Positions 47,031 through 57,161 of a stretch of DNA of 64,000 nt are shown here, in pieces (position 1 is the stretch's first letter; every line of letters starts with the position of its first letter). Below the pieces are notes generated by a model. The model had not been told where the DNA came from. It saw only the letters and a program-made list of their open reading frames with translations, and did no database searches. The DNA lies in assembly GCA_963819655.1 (NCBI GenBank), contig CAWFXA010000002.1, positions 96,001 through 160,000 of the forward strand, in the 5' to 3' direction. Origin of the DNA: an uncultured Chloroflexia bacterium (GTDB taxonomy: Bacteria; Chloroflexota; Limnocylindria; Limnocylindrales; CSP1-4). The position numbers were made by a program, and so were the translations under genes.

Positions 47031-49103
47031 TCAGACAGCTTCGGCCAGCGCCTCGGAGAACTGGCTCTCGTACAGCTCTGCATAGAAGCCGCCCCGAGAG
47101 AGGAGCGATGCGTGGTCGCCCTGCTCCACGATCTTGCCACGATCCATGACGAGGATCGTGTCGGCGTCGCGGATGGTCGAGAGGCGGTGGGCGATCACGA
47201 ACGTCGTCCGCCCACGCATCAGCCCGGCCATCGCGCGCTGGATCAGGACCTCGGTCCGCGTGTCGACCGACGACGTCGCCTCATCCAGGATGAGGATCGG
47301 CGGGTCGGCAAGGAACGCACGGGAGATCGTCAGGAGCTGCTTCTCACCCGCTGACAGGTTCGTCGCGTCGTCGTCGATCACCGTGTCGTACCCGTCCGGC
47401 AGCGTCCGCACGAAGTGATCGACATGGGCGGCCTCGGCCGCGGCGCGGAGCTCCTCGTTCGGGGCGTCGAGCCGACCGTAGGCGATGTTCTCGCGGATCG
47501 TCCCGTGGAACAGCCAGGTGTCCTGAAGGACCATCCCGAACGATCGGCGCAGGTCGTCGCGGGTCACGTCGCGCGTGTCGATCCCGTCGATCGTGATGCG
47601 GCCCGCATCGAGCTCGTAGAAGCGCATCAGCAGGTTGACAAGCGTCGTCTTGCCGGCCCCGGTCGGGCCGACGATCGCGACGGTCGCGCCGGCCGAAACG
47701 TCGAGCGACAGATCGTCGATGAGCGGCTGCTCGGCTAGGTAGCGGAACGACACATCCTCGAAGCGGACCGCGCCGACGGGCGCATCGAGCGGGATCGCCC
47801 GGACGGGGTCGGCGGACTCCTCGGGCTCGTCGATGAGCTCGAAGACGCGCTCGGCCGAGGCGACGGCCGACTGGAGGACGCTGACGATGCTCGCCGTCTG
47901 GATGATCGGGAACGTGAACTGGCGCGAGTATTGGATGAAGGCGACGACGTCGCCGATGCTGAGCTGGCCGGCCGCGACCCGGAGTCCGCCGATGACCGCG
48001 ATCGCGACGTAGTTCAGGTTCGAGATGAACGTCATCGCCGGCTGGATGATCCCGGAGATGAACTGTGCCCGGCGACTGGCGTCGAACAGGCGCTCGTTCT
48101 CACGGTCGAACACCTCGATCGCCTCGCGCTGCCGACCGAAGGCCTTCACGATCGAGTGCCCGGTGTGCATCTCTTCGACGTGGCCGTTCAGCGCGCCGGT
48201 CGACGCCCACTGGGCGACGAACTGCTGCTGGGAGCGGCGGACGATGAGGATCGTGACGGCCAGCGACGCCGGCACCGAGAGCAGCGAGATGACCGCAAGG
48301 AGCGGGCTGATCGTGAGCATCAGGATCAACACGCCGACGATCGTCAGGAGCGACGTGATGAGCTGGGTCAGGGTCTGCTGGAGCGACTGGCCGATGTTGT
48401 CGATATCGTTCGTGACCCGGCTGAGCAGGTCGCCCCGAGGGTGGCTGTCGAAATAGCTGAGCGGCAGCCGGCCGAGCTTGCGGTCGACGTCGGCGCGCAG
48501 CTTGACGACCGTCCGCTGCGTGACCCCGGCCATGATCCAGCCCTGGATCCAGCCGAAGATCGAACTGATCACGTAGACAGCGACCAACACCCCGAGCAGT
48601 CCGGCGAGCGCCGCGAAGTCGATCCCGCCGGCGTTGAGCTGCATGCCGGACAGCATGTCGGCGAGCTGGTCCTGACCCTGCGCCCGGGCCGTGTCGATCG
48701 CCTGCTGCTGGGTCGCCCCTCCGCCGAGGATCTGCCTGCCGAGCTCGCCCGCGACGATCAGATTGATCGCCTCGCCGAGGATCTTTGGGCCGATGACATT
48801 GAAGGTCACGCTGACGATCGCGAGCAGAACGACGAGGACGATCAGAGGACGCTCCGGCCCGAGCGTCCCGAACAGTCGGCGCAGCGAGCCTCGGAAGTCA
48901 TTGGCCTTGGCGGGCGGCAGGCCCATCCCCATGCCCATCATCCCGGGACCGCGGCCACCGCCCGGACCGCCCGGTCGACCGGCCGGTCCACCGGGGCCGG
49001 CGGAGCCGGGTCGGAACACGGGAGCTCCCGGTCCGCCGGGCTGTGGTGCGCCGGCCGAAGGGCCGTCGGCGGGAGGCCCGTCCGCGCCGGGTCGGCCGCT
49101 CAT
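47031..49103 (-). CDS. ABC exporter, fused permease/ATPase
   Basis: GPTGAGKT, LSAGEKQ, ILDEATS, AHRL; Gly/Pro-rich N-terminus. Confidence 0.95.
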   Translation of the reverse strand: MSGRPGADGPPADGPSAGAPQPGGPGAPVFRPGSAGPGGPAGRPGGPGGGRGPGMMGMGMGLPPAKANDFRGSLRRLFGTLGPERPLIVLVVLLAIVSVTFNVIGPKILGEAINLIVAGELGRQILGGGATQQQAIDTARAQGQDQLADMLSGMQLNAGGIDFAALAGLLGVLVAVYVISSIFGWIQGWIMAGVTQRTVVKLRADVDRKLGRLPLSYFDSHPRGDLLSRVTNDIDNIGQSLQQTLTQLITSLLTIVGVLILMLTISPLLAVISLLSVPASLAVTILIVRRSQQQFVAQWASTGALNGHVEEMHTGHSIVKAFGRQREAIEVFDRENERLFDASRRAQFISGIIQPAMTFISNLNYVAIAVIGGLRVAAGQLSIGDVVAFIQYSRQFTFPIIQTASIVSVLQSAVASAERVFELIDEPEESADPVRAIPLDAPVGAVRFEDVSFRYLAEQPLIDDLSLDVSAGATVAIVGPTGAGKTTLVNLLMRFYELDAGRITIDGIDTRDVTRDDLRRSFGMVLQDTWLFHGTIRENIAYGRLDAPNEELRAAAEAAHVDHFVRTLPDGYDTVIDDDATNLSAGEKQLLTISRAFLADPPILILDEATSSVDTRTEVLIQRAMAGLMRGRTTFVIAHRLSTIRDADTILVMDRGKIVEQGDHASLLSRGGFYAELYESQFSEALAEAV

Positions 49104-50842
49104 GCGACAGCCTCCGCCTCGGACAGCTGCGAGTACACGATCTCGCGATAGGTCTCGTTCGTCTCCAGGAGGTGACGGTGCGTGCCGCTCCCGACGATCC
49201 GGCCTTTGTCCATCACGATGATCTGGTCGGCGTTCAGGATCGTGCCGACCCGCTGGGCGACGATGATCACCGTCGCACGGCCCAGCTCGCGCGCAAGCGC
49301 GGCCCGGAGCCGGGCGTCGGTTGCGAAGTCGAGCGCGGAGAAGCTGTCGTCGAAGATGTAGATCGGCGCGTCCTTCACGACCGCCCGGGCGATCGCGAGC
49401 CGTTGCCGCTGGCCGCCCGAGACATTGCCGCCGCCCTGGGTGATCGGCGCCTCGAGGCCGCCCTCCATCTCGCTGACGAAGTCGCGGCCCTGGGCGATAT
49501 CGAGCGCGTGCCAGAGCTCCTCGTCGGTCGCGTCCGCCTTCCCGAAGCGGAGGTTGCTCGCAACGGTCCCGCCGAACAGGAATGCCTTCTGGGGTATCAC
49601 GCCGATCTGCGCCCAGAGGTCCTCGCGGTCCATCGCCTTGATGTCGATGCCGTCGACGAGGATCGTGCCTGACGTCGCATCGTAGAAGCGCGGGATCAGA
49701 TTGATGAGCGTGCTCTTGCCGCTGCCGGTGCTGCCGACGATCGCGGTCGTCCTGCCCGGCTCGGCGCGAAACGAGATGTCGTGGAGGACGGGCTCTTGTG
49801 CTCCGGGATAGCGAAACTCGACGCCCCTGAACTCGACGACGCCACGCTGCGGGCCGGCCGGATCCGGGACCACGGGTTCAGCCGGATCGTGGATAGATGG
49901 CGCGGTGTCGAGGACCTCGCGGATCCGCCCCGCCGACACGGCCGCGCGAGGCACCAGGATGAACACGAAGACCGCGGTCAGGACCGCGAACAGGATCTGG
50001 CTGAGGTATTGGAGGTACGCGGTCAGGCCGCCGATCGACAACCCTCCGTCCTGGACCCGGATCGCGCCGAACCAGACGGCTGCAACGGTCGAGAGGTTGA
50101 AGATCGCGAAGATCACCGGCTGGGTGAGCGCAAACAGCCGACCCGCGCGAAGCTGTGTGTCGTAGAGGTCGAGACTCGCGGTCTCGAAGCGGGCCTCCTC
50201 GTGGCGCGTGCGGACGAATGCCCGGATGACGCGAACGCCGGCGAGCGTCTCTCGCATGACCTGGTTGATCCGGTCGATCTTCGCTTGGGTCGCCCGGAAG
50301 AGCGGGATCGCCCGGCTCATCACCAGCCCGATGACAAGGGCCATGAGCGGCAGCACGACGAGGAGCAGCCCGGACAGCGGGACGTCGGTGCGGAGGGCCA
50401 TGAAGATCCCTCCGACGATCAGGATCGGTGCCGAGACCACGACGGTCAGGGCCACGAAGACGAGCTGCTGGACCTGCTGGACGTCGTTGGTGTTGCGCGT
50501 GATCAGCGACGCCGGCCCGAATTGGTTGACCTCGACCTGTCCGAACGTCTCGACCTTGCTGAAGACCGCGCTGCGGACATCCCGGGCAAAGGCATTCGCG
50601 ATGAGCGAGCTGAGGTAGACGCTGGCGATCGCGGCGACGCCGACGATCACAGTGATCAGGAGCATGAGGGCGCCGACACGCATGATGTAGCCGGTGTCGC
50701 CCTTGACCACGCCGTTGTTGATGATGTCGCCGTTGAGGTCCGGCAGGTACAGGTTCCCGATGGCGCCGACGAGCAGCAGCACCAGCACCACGCCAAGCTG
50801 CGCCGCGTAGGGCCGGAGGTACGTGCGCAGGAGGCTGATCAT
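49100..50842 (-). CDS. ABC exporter, fused permease/ATPase (degenerate heterodimer partner)
   Basis: GSTGSGKS, VSGGQRQR, FDDSFSALD, AQR. Confidence 0.95.
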   Translation of the reverse strand: MISLLRTYLRPYAAQLGVVLVLLLVGAIGNLYLPDLNGDIINNGVVKGDTGYIMRVGALMLLITVIVGVAAIASVYLSSLIANAFARDVRSAVFSKVETFGQVEVNQFGPASLITRNTNDVQQVQQLVFVALTVVVSAPILIVGGIFMALRTDVPLSGLLLVVLPLMALVIGLVMSRAIPLFRATQAKIDRINQVMRETLAGVRVIRAFVRTRHEEARFETASLDLYDTQLRAGRLFALTQPVIFAIFNLSTVAAVWFGAIRVQDGGLSIGGLTAYLQYLSQILFAVLTAVFVFILVPRAAVSAGRIREVLDTAPSIHDPAEPVVPDPAGPQRGVVEFRGVEFRYPGAQEPVLHDISFRAEPGRTTAIVGSTGSGKSTLINLIPRFYDATSGTILVDGIDIKAMDREDLWAQIGVIPQKAFLFGGTVASNLRFGKADATDEELWHALDIAQGRDFVSEMEGGLEAPITQGGGNVSGGQRQRLAIARAVVKDAPIYIFDDSFSALDFATDARLRAALARELGRATVIIVAQRVGTILNADQIIVMDKGRIVGSGTHRHLLETNETYREIVYSQLSEAEAVA

Positions 50843-51345
50843 CGGGTCTTCCCCCTCTCCGCTGGGTGCCCGTTCGGCTCGGACATCGCCTCGGTTCGGA
50901 CCCGGCGCATCGCACGCAGCCCTGTGAGGAAGCTCTCGAGCTCGGCGTCGGTCATACGATCCAGCAGCCCGGCCAGGTGCTTGCGGCGCTCCATGGCCAG
51001 GTCGCGGAAGACCGAATCGCCCGCATCGGTGGGGTGCACGAAGATGACCCGACGATCAACCGGCTGGTGGCGCCGCTCGACGAGTCCGCGCTCCTCCATG
51101 CGATCGACGATCCCAGTCGTGCTGGCGACCGAGACATCCAGCGCCTCGGCCAGCTTGCTCATCGAGAGCGGGCCGTCGGACTCGAGCACGGTCAACACGT
51201 GCAGGTGGACGAGGCTCAGCGATCCGCGCAACCAATGCCGGAACGCGCCGGCGCGTTCCCGAGGACTCCAGGAGGTCAGTTCCTCGAGGAGGTCGTCGAC
51301 GATCCGGCGGCGCGCGCCAGCGGCCCGCCTATCATTCAATGGCAC
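50839..51345 (-). CDS. MarR family regulator
   Basis: LSMSKLAEAL..TGIVDRMEERGLVER..DRR. Confidence 0.92.
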   Translation of the reverse strand: MPLNDRRAAGARRRIVDDLLEELTSWSPRERAGAFRHWLRGSLSLVHLHVLTVLESDGPLSMSKLAEALDVSVASTTGIVDRMEERGLVERRHQPVDRRVIFVHPTDAGDSVFRDLAMERRKHLAGLLDRMTDAELESFLTGLRAMRRVRTEAMSEPNGHPAERGKTR

Positions 51346-51357
51346 ATTGATAATCTA

Positions 51358-51380
51358 TGACGGCTGTAACGAAACCGTCA
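51358..51380. promoter_or_regulatory. Candidate MarR operator
   Basis: TGACGG-N11-CCGTCA inverted repeat in an AT-richer stretch just upstream of marR. Confidence 0.45.
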
Positions 51381-51399
51381 ACCGCGCGTCAACTCGAGG

Positions 51400-52521
51400 T
51401 CAGCTGCCGCCCATGATCGAGATGATGACTGCCTCGACCGTTGCGGCGTCGGCGCGCGTCATGTAGGCGGCGTTCGCGGCGCCATCGCCCCGTTTGGTCG
51501 CGCCACTCGTCGGCCCGTCGGTCACGTCGACCGATAGGTGCGCTTCCGTGAAGTCCCCGATCGGATAACCCGCGGCCGCAACAGCGGCGATCGTGTCCCA
51601 GAGGTAGTAGCTCCCGCCGGTCATGTAGTCGTTCTTCTGGAACAGCTCCGCGAGCACGGCCAGCGCGGAACCGCTCTCGGCGGATGCGACGCGTTGGGCG
51701 AAGGACGATGTCACGGGCACATGGTTGGTCCCGTCGAGGCTCACAAGACGCACCGTCATCCCCGCGTCGAGCACTGTTGCCAGGGCGGTTGGATCGACAT
51801 AGGCGTTCCACTCGGCGGACGTATTGTCCTGCGGCCCGCCGGGTGACCCGGCGATGTTGCCGGGCACGTCGACGGCGCCGCCCATCACGTACACCGATTC
51901 AAGCTGGGCCGCGATCGTCGGTGACCCGGCGATGGCCTCCGCAAGGTTCGTCAGCGGTCCAAGGGTCAGGACACGCAGCGTCCCAGGACCCGCCTCAGCC
52001 TTCGCCTTGATGAGTTCGACAGCGTCGCCCGACGCGGGTGATCGGGTCGTGACAGGCAGTTCGAGCCCCGCCGCCGTGTCGGCGTTGGCGCGGAACAGGT
52101 CCGGGAACGTGTGCTGGAGACCGGTCGGTGTCGGGCTTCCGCATGCGACCGGGATGTCGGGCGCATCCAGGCGCTCGAGCAGACCCAGGACGATGGCGGC
52201 GCCCCGCGGGCAGTGCACCTCACCGGCTCCCGACACCGTGATCGCGGCGATCGACACGTTCGGCGCGACGACGAGGAACGAGATCGCGACGAGGTCGTCG
52301 GGGGCGACGTCCGTGTCGATCAGCAGGCTCACCGCGGGTGCCGTGGGCAGCGGTCCGACAGACGGAGACGATCGCTCGGTCGGCGTGGTGCTCGGGCTCG
52401 CATCATCGGTCAGCGGCCCGGTCGGGACGGTGCCCTGGCCAGGTGTCGCTGTCACGGCCGGCTGGCACGCCACACAGATCAGCGATAGGCCGACCGCCAA
52501 GGCTCGCCAACGGATCCGCAT
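51400..52521 (-). CDS. Nucleoside hydrolase with lipoprotein signal
   Basis: CVAC lipobox, DTDVAPDD, LGPLTNLA, MGG, AEWN.YVDP, YLWD. Confidence 0.9.
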   Translation of the reverse strand: MRIRWRALAVGLSLICVACQPAVTATPGQGTVPTGPLTDDASPSTTPTERSSPSVGPLPTAPAVSLLIDTDVAPDDLVAISFLVVAPNVSIAAITVSGAGEVHCPRGAAIVLGLLERLDAPDIPVACGSPTPTGLQHTFPDLFRANADTAAGLELPVTTRSPASGDAVELIKAKAEAGPGTLRVLTLGPLTNLAEAIAGSPTIAAQLESVYVMGGAVDVPGNIAGSPGGPQDNTSAEWNAYVDPTALATVLDAGMTVRLVSLDGTNHVPVTSSFAQRVASAESGSALAVLAELFQKNDYMTGGSYYLWDTIAAVAAAGYPIGDFTEAHLSVDVTDGPTSGATKRGDGAANAAYMTRADAATVEAVIISIMGGS

Positions 52522-52567
52522 GGATGAGACTGTATTCCGGCGACGTCCGGGCGGATCGCCGCGAATG

Positions 52568-53347
52568 TCAGCTCCGTCGAGCGCCGCGGATGGTCGCGGG
52601 GTCGGGCGTGAAGTAGCGCAACCGACGTCCCAGCAGCACGAGTTCGCGCTCGAGCAGGGAGATGAGGCCCTCCAGCCGCTCGACGGTCGTCTCGGCCTCG
52701 AGCAGCGCCTGTCGTCGCGGCAGCTCGACCTGGACGATGCCTGACAACAGGTAGGAGAGCACGGTCGGATCGTCCGGGATGTCGAGATCGTGGCGGGTCC
52801 GCGGCTCGCTTTTGGTCGTCAGCTGAGGCTCGGCGGTCGCCATCGGATCGGCGTCGGGATCGGGCTCGCCGGCGTTGGCTTCGATCTCGACGCGGATGTC
52901 GAGCACCTCGGACGACTCGCCATCACGGGCACGCATCAGATCGAGGTAGCGGACGAAGCGCCGGATGGCACGGGCGGCGAGACGCTCGGCGCGGGTCTCG
53001 TCGCCGATCTCGTCATCGAGCGCGGTGACCTCGGCGACGAGGTAGGGCTCTTTCTGGGCGTCGACCGCCTCGATCGCGAACCGGCCGGTCGCGGCGGCAA
53101 GCAGGTCATAGCGCCCGTCCGGGTACCGCCCCGCTTCGCGGATCTCGGCGAAGGCCCCGACGCCCGCCAGCGTCGCGACGCCCTTCGTGCCGATCTCGCC
53201 CCCGTCCCGGATCAGGACCACGCCGAACGGCTCGCCCGTATCGAGGCAATGCCGTGTCATCGCCTGATAGCGATCTTCGAAGATATGGAGGGGCAGAACG
53301 ATCCCAGGGCAGAGGACCTGGTGGAGCGGGAAGAGCGGGATCTCCAT
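52568..53347 (-). CDS. LON peptidase substrate-binding (N-domain only) protein
   Basis: PLFPL..VL.PG..LPLHIFE.RY, DGRY, RQALLE. Confidence 0.9.
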   Translation of the reverse strand: MEIPLFPLHQVLCPGIVLPLHIFEDRYQAMTRHCLDTGEPFGVVLIRDGGEIGTKGVATLAGVGAFAEIREAGRYPDGRYDLLAAATGRFAIEAVDAQKEPYLVAEVTALDDEIGDETRAERLAARAIRRFVRYLDLMRARDGESSEVLDIRVEIEANAGEPDPDADPMATAEPQLTTKSEPRTRHDLDIPDDPTVLSYLLSGIVQVELPRRQALLEAETTVERLEGLISLLERELVLLGRRLRYFTPDPATIRGARRS

Positions 53348-53435
53348 CGCCGCGCGAGTCTAGCCCGGTTGGGCAAGGAGGGCCTACCGGGCAATATGGC
53401 TACCCGGCCTTGGTCCCAATCGGGCCGCAATGCGA

Positions 53436-53459
53436 AAGCCGCCGGTCGCCCGGCGGCTT
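53436..53459 (-). terminator. Terminator hairpin downstream of iscA
   Basis: AAGCCGCCGG-TCGC-CCGGCGGCTT, 10-bp stem ending in a short U-run on the minus strand. Confidence 0.65.
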
Positions 53460-53499
53460 AGTCAATCGTGCTTGAGGGACGGTCGGCCCCGCCGGTGGG

Positions 53500-53907
53500 T
53501 CAGTGGGCGCAGGACCTGGCCGTGCCGGTGTCGTCGGCGGTTCGGAAGCTCGAGCCGCAGCCGCACGCCGCGACGGCGTTCGGATTGTTGACCGTGAAAC
53601 CGGCGCCCATGAGCGTGTCGACGTAGTCGATCTCCGAGCCCTGCAGAAGCGAGATGCTCTGGCCGTCGACGTACACCTTGATGCCGCTGACATCGAGGAC
53701 GTTGTCCTCGGGCGTCGGCGCGTCCTCGAGCATCATCCCGTAACGGAAACCGGAGCAACCGCCGGAGTACACGTACACCCGCAGCCCGATATCAGGATTG
53801 GTCTCTTCCTTGGTCAGTTCGCTGAGCTTGGCGACCGCGGCGTCTGACAGGGAAACGACCGTACCTGGCGGGGCCGGCTCGGTGATCGTCGGCTGCTGTT
53901 CGATCAT
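53500..53907 (-). CDS. iscA: A-type Fe-S carrier (IscA/ErpA/HesB)
   Basis: GGCSGF.Y, NPNA..CGCGSSF; GAAGGAGG RBS. Confidence 0.93.
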   Translation of the reverse strand: MIEQQPTITEPAPPGTVVSLSDAAVAKLSELTKEETNPDIGLRVYVYSGGCSGFRYGMMLEDAPTPEDNVLDVSGIKVYVDGQSISLLQGSEIDYVDTLMGAGFTVNNPNAVAACGCGSSFRTADDTGTARSCAH

Positions 53908-54068
53908 GGGACGGTTCGTCCTCCTTCGGAGGGATGGGTGCGAGGCGTGTGCGCTCATCGTACGCAGCACAACGGGTTTCGACAAGCGCCGCGCCGAAAT
54001 CCGATGGTCCCATCGGGAGGGTGCCCGCGGAGGGCCCGGCGGCGCGGCCGAGCGGCGCGGCGGATTTC

Positions 54069-54259
54069 GCGACCATGAATGACGTGTCTGAGGGCGACCT
54101 TAGGTCTCCTGGGGGCGCGGGAACTGCCGCACTGGCCGCGCCGGGCGCCCGTTTTCCGCGTCCGACCATGCGATCTGTCGGGCCTCATCCGCGTTACGAC
54201 ACGTTGGATCTGACGGTGGGGGGCATAAGGTCACGTTCATCCGCGTCGTTCATGGTCGC
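54069..54259. repeat. 191-bp element with imperfect terminal inverted repeats (MITE/REP-like, copy 2)
   Basis: Left GCGACCATGAATGACGTGTCTGAGGGCGACCTTAGG vs reverse complement of right GCGACCATGAACGACGCGGATGAACGTGACCTTATG. Confidence 0.72.
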
Positions 54260-54262
54260 CGC

Positions 54263-54345
54263 GCGGTCGGAGTCCGGCCGCCGGCGCCGGAGCGGTCGGA
54301 GTCCGGCCGGCCGGCGCCGGAGCGAGCCGCGCCGGCGCGAGCCCG
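54263..54345. repeat. GC-rich tandem repeat
   Basis: GCGGTCGGAGTCCGGCCG(G)CCGGCGCCGGA x2 plus a degenerate copy. Confidence 0.75.
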
Positions 54346-54354
54346 CAGCCGAGC

Positions 54355-55587
54355 CTAGCCTTCGATGCGCTCCACGATCGTCGCGATGCCCTGCCCCACG
54401 CCGATGCACATCGTGGCGAGGCCGTAGCGCCCGCCGGTGCGTCGCAGCTCGTGGGTCAGCATCGTGACCAGGCGGCCGCCGCTCATCCCCAGCGGGTGCC
54501 CCAGGGCGATCGCACCGCCGTTCACGTTGACCTTGGCCGGGTCCAGGCCGAGCTCGTCGATGCAGACGAGCGACTGCGATGCGAACGCCTCGTTGAGCTC
54601 GATGAGATCGAGGTCGTCGACCCCGATTTCGGCTCGCTCGAGCGCTTTGCGCGTGGCAGGAACAGGCCCGACACCCATGACCGCGGGGTCGACGCCGGCG
54701 ACGGCGGTCGATACGACGCGGGCAAGGGGCGTCAACCCGAGCCCCTGCGCCCGCTCCGCCTCCACGAGCAGCACCGCCGACGCGCCATCGTTGATGCCCG
54801 AGCTGTTTCCGGCGGTCACCGTGCCACCCGTCGCGCGGAACGCCGGGCGCAGCCTCGCGAGCGCCTCGACCGAGGTGTCTGCACGTGGATGCTCGTCGCG
54901 CGACACGACGGTGACCTCGCCCTTGCGTCCGGTCACCTCGACCGGGACGATCTGGTCGTCGAACCGGCCGGCCTCGATCGCCGCGACGGCGTGCTGCTGG
55001 CTCTCGAGCGCGAACGCGTCCTGGCGTTCGCGGCTGACGTTCCAGCGCTCCGCCACGTTCTCCGCGGTCTCGCCCATCGAATACGGGTAGTGCCTCTCGG
55101 CCAGCGCCGGGTTGACGAACCGCCAGCCGAGGGTCGTGTCCTGCAGTTCGCGCGGGCCGCGGTCCCAGGGTCCTTCGGCCTTGGCCATGACATACGGCGC
55201 CCGGGTCATCGACTCGATGCCGCCGCCGATGAAGACGTCGCCGTCGCCGACCGCGATCGCGTGCGCCGCCGAGTTGATCGCCTGCAGCCCCGAGCCGCAC
55301 AGCCGGTTCACGGTCTGCCCGCCAACCTCGACCGGGAAGCCGGCAAGGAGCAGCGCCATCCGGGCGACATCGCGGTTGTCCTCACCGGCCTGGTTGGCAC
55401 AACCGAGGATGACGTCCTCGACGTGCGCCGCGTCGACGCCAGCGCGGTCGACCACCGCGCGCAGCACGATCGCGGCGAGGTCGTCCGGGCGCACGCTCGC
55501 GAGTGTGCCGCCGTAGCGCCCGATGGGGGTCCTGACGGCCTCGACGATCCACGCTTCCCGAACGGATCTCTGCGCATCGCGGGTCAT
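54355..55587 (-). CDS. paaJ: 3-oxoadipyl-CoA thiolase (PaaJ/PcaF)
   Basis: [34 protein letters not shown]. Confidence 0.92.
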   Translation of the reverse strand: MTRDAQRSVREAWIVEAVRTPIGRYGGTLASVRPDDLAAIVLRAVVDRAGVDAAHVEDVILGCANQAGEDNRDVARMALLLAGFPVEVGGQTVNRLCGSGLQAINSAAHAIAVGDGDVFIGGGIESMTRAPYVMAKAEGPWDRGPRELQDTTLGWRFVNPALAERHYPYSMGETAENVAERWNVSRERQDAFALESQQHAVAAIEAGRFDDQIVPVEVTGRKGEVTVVSRDEHPRADTSVEALARLRPAFRATGGTVTAGNSSGINDGASAVLLVEAERAQGLGLTPLARVVSTAVAGVDPAVMGVGPVPATRKALERAEIGVDDLDLIELNEAFASQSLVCIDELGLDPAKVNVNGGAIALGHPLGMSGGRLVTMLTHELRRTGGRYGLATMCIGVGQGIATIVERIEG

Positions 55588-55635
55588 ATGCTCGATCGTA
55601 GCCGGTCCGGCGGCGATGGACCGCCGGCGCGGGCA

Positions 55636-56700
55636 TCAGAGCGTGCTCAGGAACCGCTCCGGATGTCCAGCGCCGAGTCGCAGGGCCGTGATGATGTCCT
55701 CGCGGGCTGCCACACCGTCCGCGACAGCGATGACCGCCTCCTCGGCGATCGCGTGCTCGATGCGCTCCCTGATGCGGTCGCCGGCGAGAGCGCGCGCCGG
55801 CGCGTCGGCGAACTCGGGGTCGACGTCTCCCCGGCGACCCTCCTCGTAGCGATAGAACCCGGCCCCCGACTTCCGGCCAAACCGGCCGGCCGCCACGAGC
55901 CGCTCCTGGATGCTCGACGGACGGAGTCGATCCGGCTTGCCGAGACCGCTCCACACACCCTGTGCAGCGGCGAGATTGACGTCGAGACCTGACAGGTCCA
56001 TCAGCTCGAACGGACCCATCGGGTAGCCCGCTCCGCGCATCGCGGCGTCGATCGACACGACATCGGCGAGGCCATCCTCGAGGATCCGCAGGGCTTCGAT
56101 CGTGAACGGCCGATTGACCCGGTTGACGATGAAGCCAGGTCGGTCGGCGCTCAGGACGGGCGTCTTGCCCCAAGCGCGGACGATCGCGCTCGCGCGCTCA
56201 ACGGTCGACGTCGCCGTCCGGGCGCCCGGGACGACCTCCACCAGCGCCATCAACGGGACCGGGTTGAAGAAGTGGAGCCCCAGCATTCGCTCTGGCCGGC
56301 TGGTCGCCTCGGCGATAGCCGTGACCGACAGGGCGCTGGTATTCGTCGCGAGCAGGACGTCCGGCGTCGCCTCGGCGTCGAGTGCCCGGAAGATCGCCCG
56401 CTTGAGCTCGAGGTCCTCGAGCGCCGCCTCCACGATCAGCGTGGCCTCGGTCGCCAGACCATCCAGAATGTGGGCGTGCCGAAGCCCGGCCACCCGGCCG
56501 TCGACCCATGCATCGATCGAGTCGGCGTCGAGGTCCAGTTTCGCCGCCCGCCGGGCGAGCCCTTCGCGCACCCGCGCCGTGGCCCGCTCGACGGCGATGT
56601 CATCGACGTCATGGAGGACCACCTCCCAGCCGGCCTCGAGCGCGACCTGGGCGATCCCGGCGCCCATCACGCCGGCCCCCACGATCCCGACGGTCGTCAC
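55636..56700 (-). CDS. paaH: 3-hydroxyacyl-CoA dehydrogenase (short PaaH-like)
   Basis: GAGVMGAGIA, TNTS, GLHFFNP, GFIVNR, PMGPF. Confidence 0.88.
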   Translation of the reverse strand: MTTVGIVGAGVMGAGIAQVALEAGWEVVLHDVDDIAVERATARVREGLARRAAKLDLDADSIDAWVDGRVAGLRHAHILDGLATEATLIVEAALEDLELKRAIFRALDAEATPDVLLATNTSALSVTAIAEATSRPERMLGLHFFNPVPLMALVEVVPGARTATSTVERASAIVRAWGKTPVLSADRPGFIVNRVNRPFTIEALRILEDGLADVVSIDAAMRGAGYPMGPFELMDLSGLDVNLAAAQGVWSGLGKPDRLRPSSIQERLVAAGRFGRKSGAGFYRYEEGRRGDVDPEFADAPARALAGDRIRERIEHAIAEEAVIAVADGVAAREDIITALRLGAGHPERFLSTL

Positions 56701-57161
56701 ACCGACTTGAGGGCTTCGAACGGTTGGCGGCAGCCGCGGCAGTAGAACAGGGAGCGGCACTGCGTCGGGCCGAACGCGCTGTCCATCACGACGTCCGCCG
56801 AGGCGCAGAACGGGCAGCGGACATCCCCGGGTGCGCTCGGCGGCGCGATGCCGGCGTGGCTCAGGGCCATGCGCCCGGCAGGCGAGATGCGGTCCGACGT
56901 CCAGGGCACCTCGAACGTGGTCTCGACGTGCACCGGCCGCCCGAACCTCGCGCCAAGGTGATCGGCGATCGAGCTCCGGATCACGTCGAGGGCCGGGCAG
57001 CCGACGAACGTCGGCAGGATCGCGACGTCGATGCGGTCGGGTCTGACCTCGACGCGATGGACGATGCCGAGGTCGACGACCGACAGCACGGGGATCTCGG
57101 GGTCCGGGACGTCGGCGAGTGCGGCCCGGATGTCGCTCTCCTGCGGCTGCGTGCCGATCAC
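56697..57161 (-). CDS. paaD: Phenylacetyl-CoA epoxidase subunit D
   Basis: DPEIPVLSVVDLG, PTFVGCPA, CPFC..FGPTQC..C..C. Confidence 0.93.
   Translation of the reverse strand: MIGTQPQESDIRAALADVPDPEIPVLSVVDLGIVHRVEVRPDRIDVAILPTFVGCPALDVIRSSIADHLGARFGRPVHVETTFEVPWTSDRISPAGRMALSHAGIAPPSAPGDVRCPFCASADVVMDSAFGPTQCRSLFYCRGCRQPFEALKSV

Noticed and set aside
49100-50842. Degenerate Walker B and H-switch (FDDS, AQR) in one ABC subunit
   Set aside because: Normal for heterodimeric TM287/288-type exporters
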